DNA of 64,000 nucleotides from positions 167,400,001 through 167,464,000 of the forward strand of contig OX597815.1 in assembly GCA_951406725.2 (NCBI GenBank). The letters run 5' to 3'. Below, piece after piece: positions 54,433 through 64,000 of the stretch. Source of the DNA: Octopus vulgaris (lineage: Eukaryota). Position 1 is the first letter of the stretch. The number at the start of each line of letters is the position of its first letter. The position numbers and the translations under genes were made by a program. Below the pieces are notes generated by a model. The model did not search any database. It saw only the letters and a program-made list of their open reading frames with translations, and was not told the origin of the DNA.

Positions 54433-54882
54433 CTTTCAGAACTACTGTCTTTTCTTCGGAGCTTCTCATTTATTTTCGTTCGATTTTGTACAAAGATAAG
54501 GTCTCGTCGAGCGGTCTGGAAACAGCGTTTTCATACGTGCCGAAGACTTTACATTTTATTTAAGATGGTTAATACATGCACAAATACATAAACGACCCAT
54601 AATTTTCTGTTCTTTATGTATTTTATGCAGAGTTCCTTCATTAGTTTCATAAAACGTGTCATAATATTCTCAAAAAATAGTAAAGTAACCCAAAATCAAA
54701 TTAAAAACTTGCCACTGAATCAATGGATGCATATGTGTATGTTTTTATCTATGCATGTATATAAGCATGCATGTATGCATGTAACGATCGGTTGTAGGCT
54801 TGGTCTAATTTATTTAGTTGTTTATTTAGATCGATTCCTGTCGTCAATGTTTAGTTTCTTTGCTTTACTAATATATGTCCAT

Positions 54883-54967
<85 letters not shown>

Positions 54968-54972
<5 letters not shown>

Positions 54973-57094
54973 CAAATAAATTACAAGGATATCAAGGCAT
55001 TACGGCCGTTTCAGGCCGCTCCATTTAATCAAACATTGCAAACATTACATCAATTTCAAATATACCGCCAACTTCGGATGCAAAATATAGGTTTTCAACA
55101 TACAGGATACTCCATTATATTTTATAATTCTAAGTAATTATTTCGACAGAACTAGAGAATGAAAGAATGACATACTGTTATTACTGTTGCAGGATGAACA
55201 TAAAGAGAAAAATGCCCCAACTAAAATTTGGTGTGACAGAATAGAAAAACAGTATGGGTCATGAGATGGTAATTTAGCTACAATTTTTATCGATCTCCTT
55301 ATCACCATCAAAAGATCTATGCCGCTAGTATATCACGTCCATTAAAAATTAAAAGCACTGGGGGTTCTAGCTGCTGATAATAAATTAATTATTATCAGAT
55401 ACTTTCACAAACCTTAATTCACTATGGCTATAAAATCACATAAAGAAATAAATCCCAGAATAAGTCAGTATGATAGTGGTAAATAACCAGAAATAAGGAG
55501 TGTAGGGGTGACAACCACAGAAAAGAATCTCTTTAATATCAACTTGGAAATTAAAAAATTATGATGGACTGTGACTTAGTAGATAGAACGGAATCTATGA
55601 AGCTAAATGAACCAAGGATTAGCCTCAAGGACCACAAAAAGAATTTTCAATGCAATCCCTCTGTTAGACTTGTTTGCCCGACTAAATCAGATATTCGTCG
55701 ACTTAGTAAATCCATTATTGATATATATTTACCTCTAATAATTCCTATTCTACCTCTTAAATTATAGTATAATATTGATGAAGTAGCACGCTGGTCCAAA
55801 TCTATTTGAAATACAGGTAATTTACTTGTTTATACAATTTGATATCAACAGTTATTTTTCTAGTTTATCCACTAATCTCTTAAACAAGTCCCTGATTTTC
55901 GCTAAAAGCCTCTCTCTCATAACTAGAGACAATATAGATATTATTCTTACAGCTAGGAAAACTATCATAGAATTTTAGGGAAGGTTATGGACGAGGTCTG
56001 ACAGCCCTGATGATTTTGATATTGTTGTGGGTTCGAGTGACTCGGCCCAGATTACTGATTTAGTTAGTGCGTATCTCTTAAAATGCTTTTGTAGTGAAGT
56101 TCCTGAACTACAGGTTGCTCTTTATAGGGATGATGCTTTGTTCATTAGTCCTAATACTACTAAAATTGTCATAGAAAGAATGTGGAATAAATCAGAAAAT
56201 TCTTCAAAAGATTTAAGCTAGGACTCGCTTTCGAATACGGCACGAAGGTAGCTAATTTCTTTGACACTACTTTAGATATAAACTCCAGCTTATACTACCC
56301 TGGATAGAAAACCGAATAAAGTTACTAGATATGTGAGCAAATCCGCTAATCATTCCCCTAATGTATAAAAGTCGGATATTAAAAAACATTTCGGGACGAA
56401 TTACGCAATTATAAGCTAATTATCAGTATATAATTCATACTCCCACTATTATAACTCTGCTCTTTCTAAAGTTTGATATAATCAGGAGATTACTTCCCTT
56501 AATTCGGAAAGTCAGATACCTATTAATAATTATAATGAAAATTTAAGGGAAAAGAAGAACAAAAGCCCACCTAGTCGGGAAGATAGTCTTGCTTGGATAC
56601 CCTATTTAATCAATGAATGAGATATATAACAGTAAGAAAATGGAATCTATGGCCGGTAGGATGAGTAATATGTATAATAATGGTAGGGATCTGTTTGCGC
56701 AGAATGTGTCCTCCTCTAATGATAGCATAAATACTAATAATGGGGCTATGCTTAATAATCAAACAGCGAGTTCGGGAGACAATAGAAGAATGGATAGGAT
56801 CCACCTTCATAAATATATGAAACATTCCCTTTAACTGTGCTATATCTACCAATATATAATACCTGGTGATGCTGCAATGAATTCAAGTCATACTATAAAT
56901 GATAGAAGTAATACTACTATTAAAAATAATGATAATGATAATAGTGTTAATAATAATAATAATAATTGTAATAATAATACGCTCGAATACTCCGGATTTG
57001 CTCGAAAAATAAGGGGTGTTACCTTAGTTCACTAGTAGTGAATAGCTGGCACACTAGTACATCTCTAGCGTTAGAAGCTGTGAAAATACAATAA

Positions 57095-57154
<60 letters not shown>

Positions 57155-58035
57155 TTTTAAATTCCAGCTGAAATTGTAGGATAAAACCCCAATGTCCGTT
57201 ATCAGGACGTTGTTTAGCTCAAAATGTAGTTTACAGATGTACAATTTTGACTGAAACTAGTAGCTTTACTTATATAGGGTGTTTCATAAATATGAAACAA
57301 AACGCCTTAATAACCATCTTTCATCGTCTAGACTTAGAGATAATGCTAATAGTACTTATTTATCTAGTAAGATCTAGGAAATTAAGGAAAGAAAGTGTAG
57401 ATTTAGCCTTAAATAGGATATTGTACGAAGAGCGTAACCATATAGAGATAGCAGATACGGATGCGAACTTTGTTCTATGGAAATTTATGAGAGTCTTAAG
57501 TACAGAGACAAGAATAACCCAATTAATAATAGATTAGACCTTCGGGTATCCTGCGGGCATAGCATCATCCGCACATTTTTATATTTTGAAAACAAATAAT
57601 ATTATACTCATCATACTTTGAATTTGATGGTAGAAATTAGCTGGGGTGTCATATCTTTTATAACATACCCTCTAGTGTAGTGAATTATATATCATATATA
57701 ATATTTTGCCTCTCATAACTCCTACCAGCTTAGTCTGCATTTATCCTATACGGTGATTACACTGTTTTTCCTTCAATTCCAAGTCTTTCTGCCCTATCAG
57801 TCACAATAGGTATATTTGTAATGAGTTATCAGACAGTTCATTCTCTAGTTCTGTCGAAATATTTGCTAAAAATTATAATGGAGTATCCTCGATGTTGAAA
57901 ACCTACATCTTACATCCGAAGATGGTGGTGTTTTTCAAATTGATGTAATACTTGCATTGTTCGATTAAATGGGGAGGCTTGACATGGAGGTAATGCACTA
58001 ATACATTGATATCCTTGTTACTTTTTTTTGCTTTT
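54968..58035 (+). mobile_element. Near-full-length decayed Penelope-like element (Naiad-type RT plus GIY-YIG) with an inverted 5' pLTR copy
   Basis: ISLKDHKKNFQCNPSVRLVCPTKS, QFDI, GSSDSAQITDLV, LYRDDAL, *NCRIKPQCPLSGRC, VVYRC..YIG, CELC; 54968-55128 is a diverged reverse complement of 57870-58035. Confidence 0.9.
54997..55081 (-). ncRNA. Degenerate HHR in the inverted pLTR
   Basis: Minus strand: gcat-CCGAAGT-...gcggcct-GAAAC-ggcc-GTA-atgc. Confidence 0.55.
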
Positions 58036-59914
58036 TATTCACCTTACTTCGAACTGTACGGATAATACCGGACTGACTTGGTACCTAAACTTAAGTACCA
58101 AATTCAACAGAATCTTGATTATCATATATTTATATATAAAATATGTAATGGACCGTCCCGTCGGAAATGGCGTATGAGTGTTCAGCTTTTGCCGAATGAC
58201 CGGTACAAATGATTTGTGTAAACTGATCAAATGTATGTGTTCTCACTCTCTCTCTTTCACGTTGCAACACGTGTCATGTGTCGAAGTGATCGCAGAACGA
58301 CGTGAAATATAGTGTTTTGTTCAAAACCACAACGCACCACCCTGTCTGTCTCTCTGTTCCTCTCTCTCACTCAAACTCTCTCCCTGTGTTTCTTACTCAC
58401 ACACACACTCTCTCTCTTTCTTATCTATCTATATATCTAACTATCTGTGTGTGTGTGTATGTGCGTGTGGATGTGAATGTGTACGTGTGTGTGTGAGAGA
58501 GTGTTTGTGAATTTGAATATATTTTCATGAGCGGGAGTATTTGAATACCCCAAAGGCACAAATAACGGCGGTTATGATTGGAAGAATAGAGTGGCGGAAA
58601 AATACATTGTGGTATTTCATTATATTTCTTCTCCTTTTGGATTCTTCTTGCACTCTCAAGATTTCGAAGTCGATAAAATATGTACTGCGGTTGATCTAAT
58701 ACACTACAACCCAGTGAGCGGTTGCTTAGTAGTTTCTGCAATCAAAACAGCTAATCTAATAAAAAGTCATTTGAATTGATTGCAGCGTTTCTAAAATTTA
58801 TTTTGTCGAAGTAATTTGATCAAGGTGGAACATGAACACAGTATTATTAGAGCTTAACTAAACATTGGAACTAAATTTATGCATCTTCACTGCTGGTATT
58901 TTTACTGACCTAAGGTTTTTGTATAAGAATGGTAGTTGGATGTGTAAGCAAGAAATAGGCTAATCTGATATTAAATAGTATGAAGATACGAATGGGGCAC
59001 GTTTCTAACTCGTTGCAAAATTGGAATTGAGAAATGGGTAGGACGAATGTAGTTACTGGTATAAGGTATAAGGAAGATAGAGTATATCGGTGAATTGGTG
59101 GGAAGGGTGACCGTGAAGAAGTATGCAGAAATGTACGTATGTCTATGTGTGAATGCATATGTGCACGTGTGTGTGTGTATGTGTTCAGCGTGGGTGATAA
59201 AGATATGAAGGAAGAGTGAAGTAGTGATAGCAAAAGGTCTATTAGCATCTTTGATTTAAAGAAGCTGAGAGAAGAATGAAAACAGTATCCTTGCAACTGA
59301 GAGCGAATGAGTCTATATATTGCGACTATGTCTGCGAATGCGACAAGAATTCGTTCACTTGACGGGATTTGTAACGCCCGTGCTTATGTTATGTGTAAGA
59401 ATGCTGTAAGGTGGTCATGTGGTTATGCGAAAGAATAACGTGTAATACTCCTATGTGGAGTAACTGTAGGAATATGTGTAGGTGTTATGCATTGCTTGTG
59501 TTGTGTATTTGAATATAGTCATCTCGGTATATATATATTAGTATTGTATAGGAACACGTTTATGTTTTGTATATCGAGGAATTAGGTTTTCTTTTTACTG
59601 ATCGGACATAGAGGAAGGCATAGTAAACATGGCCCTCACAGGACTTCCTAGACAGATTAAATTGATGTCATTAAGGTTCCTCTTGAACCATTGTCAGTTA
59701 ACACTAGCGGAAAAGACATAAGCAATGAGAAAATTCCAGAAGCTCGCCGTACTGGAAAAGAAGGACTAGACACAGTGATTAGTTCGGTGCACTAATCTTC
59801 ATTGATTACAATGCCTGATATATCGTTCTCTTTTTCAGACAGTAGTCTATAACGTCAGGGAAGATGGAGCTGTTGTTTCTAGCAGGTTTAGTACCACGTA
59901 CAGGTTACTCCGTT

Positions 59915-59957
<43 letters not shown>

Positions 59958-60711
59958 ATTCTCTTTTTTCTATCTCTCCCTCTCACTCTCTCTACATATT
60001 TATCTACTTATCTATCTCTATCTATCTCCCTCTCTCTTTTTCTTTTTCGTAAAGAATAAATATACATAATTGCTTCGAGTATGGGCCACCTGCCGAAATC
60101 GGTTCTGTCTTGCATATTTTCTCTTGATCAACATTGATAAATGTAGACTGAAACATGAAAGTTCCAACTAGTTCCGTCACTCGCCACCCCGGCGCTACCC
60201 CTATATATGTGCGTGCATGTGAATAAAATAATGGTTTCCCGTGTGGGCCTTACGATTAACGAGCTTAAAAATTCATCCCAGAGCTTACAGGATCATTAGG
60301 CTGGAGCTTAACCAGATTTCCAAAGTATTTACGCTCAGCGGACAAGACACTCTATTAAAGGGAGGCCATTCTATATCAGTGTGCTAACCCTCAAGGTACC
60401 ACTGGTACTCAGTTTAAGTTGAGTATACAGCCGCAATGTGAAATGAAGTGCATTGCTCTACGCTGTAAAAGAAAACAAAACTGCTTCACAGACGGATCGG
60501 TTTACATAGAACAGTCTATTTACATTCTGAATTGACCCTTACGCAGTATTGTTGACGCAATGTACAGGTTATACAATTTGTTATCTACACAAGGTTCACC
60601 ATTATTGCTATCTGCATCGTCTGCTGCGTGTTTGCATTGTGTAATGGATGCAGATCAACAAAGACTCTTCAGAGAACACTTTCTTACATTATGTTACCAC
60701 AGAACAATTAC

Positions 60712-60714
<3 letters not shown>

Positions 60715-60796
<82 letters not shown>

Positions 60797-60836
60797 GTGT
60801 GTGTGCATATGTGCATGTGTGTGTGTGTGTGTGTGT
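60715..60836. repeat. (TG)n microsatellite
   Basis: Direct observation. Confidence 0.95.
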
Positions 60837-61330
60837 CAGGTCGCTCGTGAATTCTACTGGTAACATGTAATCCAGTACAACCTACTGCATAGTCGGGTCG
60901 TCGCTCATTAAACTACAACCCCACTAAGCTTGCTTAGTGAGGAGGGTGACTGGACATCCTGCAGGATGAAAAACTAAACCTGTCAAATGACGGATGAACT
61001 CATTACAGTCAACAGCCATCCAATACTGTGTATACGAGCTTGGCCCTGCTTTTTTTTATGAACAATGGTAGTTTCTGCTGTAACCATGGTCAAACTGGTG
61101 ACTTTGGTTTACAAAACACAGTGGCTGCGCAGAGAATTAACACGTTTTCAACAGTGGGCATGCACAACAGATTCAGCCAGCAGAAAACCTTGAGAATGAA
61201 AACGTAGATATGTTGTACCACATCACTGTGGTGAGTGACCCCCTAATCAATGTTAGGACATCATTCTAGGACAAGAAAAACTCTGATGTAAAATTTGCGA
61301 CTCCATAGCAATCAATGATGCTGATTAGTT
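60837..61330 (+). mobile_element. Possible 5' end of an RTE-like LINE
   Basis: Structured GC-richer leader (cactaagc-tt-gcttagtg, catcctgcaggatg) followed by a decayed INVRT motif resembling the start of an APE endonuclease. Confidence 0.35.
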
Positions 61331-61536
61331 ATTTTGGGGGTATCTGTCATCGTTGTTCAGAGAGTGGGATCGATTGTGCGCAAGTTCTTTCCTCACTTTA
61401 AAAAGTGTCATGCACTTATACTCGGGCACGAGTAAGCGGCCATCATGCATGTTTGTATGCATGCATGTATGTATGCATGTATGTATGTATGCATGTGTAC
61501 ATGTATGTATGTACACACACACACACACACACACAT

Positions 61537-61605
<69 letters not shown>

Positions 61606-64000
61606 TATATACTTATGTATAAAAAATAACTCAACGTAACAGACGTTATTGTTGGTGTTATTTGTCGCCAATTTCGATCACAATTTCTATGATCTACAAT
61701 CTTTTAGTAGCCTTTGACTATTCCCTTCTGGTTCTTGCAAGAAAAGACTTTCATATTGAACCAACGGTTTGTATCCTGTTCTGCTAATGGTCAACTCTGT
61801 GATCCTCAAGTTAATTGGTAGCCTTCTACCTTCTCTTCCATTTTTTCCGCCTGTTGATTCACATTCAGAATTTCTGAGTTTGGTCTTCTTAGTCAAACCA
61901 TCTAATGTAACTGTGTACTCTACTTCAAATGTTATGGAAATCAACAGTTGCCATTCTGCCGATGGTGTCTCGAAGTGAGGTTGATCGGGTTCAGTCTGGG
62001 TCTTCTACTTCGACCTTACTGTTACGGAGGACCCCTTCCAGGTGCACTGAGTTCCCACGATATCGTTCTCATAGTCACTAAACTGTGCAGGCTTCCATTA
62101 TAACAAGAAATAATTCGACTATGTATGTGTGCATATTTGGTGGTTCTCCAATATATTTTGAGGGTTGTTAACTGTTTGAAAATAAAATAGCCTATTCTTT
62201 ATTAGAGGTTTGACAAATGTTTCCGCTTTTTAGTGGGTTCAGTGAGACGAAAATAGCGATCTTTTTTATCATTATTGTATCAAATTATTTCATTATACCA
62301 TGAAAATATAATGCATAATAACAATCAAGCTAAAAGGCTGCATATATGAAGTTGCTTGATCTGTTACAAGTAGCCGCTAAATAACTCTCACATAAAAAAA
62401 CAATCTTGGATGCTCGCAGCCAAAAACAAAAAATAAGAAATGGCTACGGCTGGAATTCCCTTTTGATGGACTTGATCTGACATGGGGCTGAACAACAGGA
62501 ACATAATTACAAACATTCATGAATGAGGGCGATTTGCACGAAATATTAATAGCAATAAAAATGAAAGAACAAAATTGAGGTTATAGAAATAAAACTAAGA
62601 ATGACATGTAATGATTTTTTTTAAATTCCAGAAGACCATCACATGACTGTATTAGTTACGTAACGGTTGTCTATGTGTTAGAAAGAAGGATGAGGAGAGG
62701 GAGGAGTGAGAAAAATAAAGAAAGCGGGACCGAGACGGGGCTGGAGGATTGTTGTTTAACCGATGTCAACTCTGACCGAAATAATTTATTATCAAAGGCA
62801 TTCCAGATTTGACGATCCCGATTTTTCTCAGCCATTGAGTACATTGGACTACATAATCTAATGAGGAATTGCAAGTGACAACATAACCATGATGAAAAAA
62901 TAATAAATGGTTAGTTTTACAAATTCTTAAGTATGCAGTTTGTACTAAATTCTGTCTTAGTCGTAATGCTTAAACCGTTTTATTTATGGGATTTCAAAGA
63001 TTCCTAAGTGGGCGGTCTCGGATATAAACTCCAGCAAAATTTTGGCCGCGAGTGAATAGTGAAGAGGTTCCCCAGAGGGAGTTATAACTAGTGGTGTTGG
63101 TTACTACAATAATATTTTGCTATTGTTTGTAAAAGCGAAGAATTTTTGAAGGTGCAACATTCTTTTTCTTGGAATTGTTCTCGCATGTCTCAGTATGTGT
63201 ATGTGTGATTATACTAGAGACACAGAGAGAGGAGGAAAGGGAGAGAGAGAAAGGGAGAAAGAGACACTAGGGAGGAAGAGAGGAATGTTAAATAGATAGA
63301 GATATAGATAAACAGATGCATATAATTAAAGTAACATATACTATAATACAGTTAAGAGATATATGTGTGTGGGTGACAACTACAGATGCATGTTTTTTTC
63401 TTTTCTTTTTGTTTGCTTTAGAGTTTTTTAAAAGTTTAAAACAGAAAGGCTAAGAAACTACGTGCTATCGTATTAGACATAGAATAACAGAATTAATCGG
63501 ACAAGCATTTTAAAGTGGAACTACATGATGGCTAAAAATACTTTTGCAACAATCACGAAAAAATAAATAAATAACTTTGAAACGACTCAAAAATCTCTAT
63601 AAACAAGTACAGAATTTCGCTTTCTGCTAGTAAAATGTTGCAGGAATCTGCAAGCATTTGTCGCAAATAGCCAACGTATTATATAACATTATGATTTTTT
63701 TGTTTTTTACGTGTGGGATCAGAAAAGGTTGGTCAAATGAAATGAAGAAACAAGAGTAGGTGGATAGAAATAGGCTAAATACTTGTGAGGAGTGATATAG
63801 TTTTGGTCTTTTTTTATATTGTGTTCTTTTTTTTCATTTTGTTTTTGGTCTTTTTCTTGTCACTCGTAGTCTTATTTTATTTTAAACTATAAAGATTAGT
63901 GCCACATATGGAGCTAAAGTTTAGTTGTATTACCAGATTTCTATAAATATTGATAAAATGATCCGTCACATCTGGATATATTCTGTTTTATGTTATATAA

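Noticed and set aside
59839-59885. Acceptor ttctctttttcag followed by TVVYNVREDGAVVSS
   Set aside because: Only weak donors (gtttag, gttact) and not frame-symmetric; cannot be supported without RNA data
61687-62050. Short ORFs on both strands
   Set aside because: No motif recognised; likely a decayed retroelement fragment

Overview
AT-rich eukaryotic DNA made mostly of transposon remnants and (TA)n/(CA)n/(TATG)n/(GATA)n/(ATT)n microsatellites. The repeat content suggests an octopus genome (inference from tRNA-derived SINE families I associate with Octopus). No intact protein-coding gene is visible, and almost all ORFs in the track are microsatellite artefacts. Recognisable elements are two SINE families, decayed mariner, hAT, pogo-like, Helitron, CR1-like, R4/Dong-like and LTR relics, and many Penelope-like element (PLE) fragments that carry hammerhead ribozyme (HHR) motifs and inverted terminal copies. 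One well-formed 33-nt candidate microexon (14823-14855) suggests the window is intronic. The main novel signal is a ~90-nt motif in three diverged copies (16504-16595 +, 26270-26358 -, 28373-28460 +). It contains the hammerhead core elements (AUC, GAAA, CUGANGA) in a strand order that is not type I, II or III, and it is predicted to fold as a double pseudoknot with a kink-turn, supported by compensatory base changes between copies. All structures were derived by eye and none is experimentally or computationally verified.
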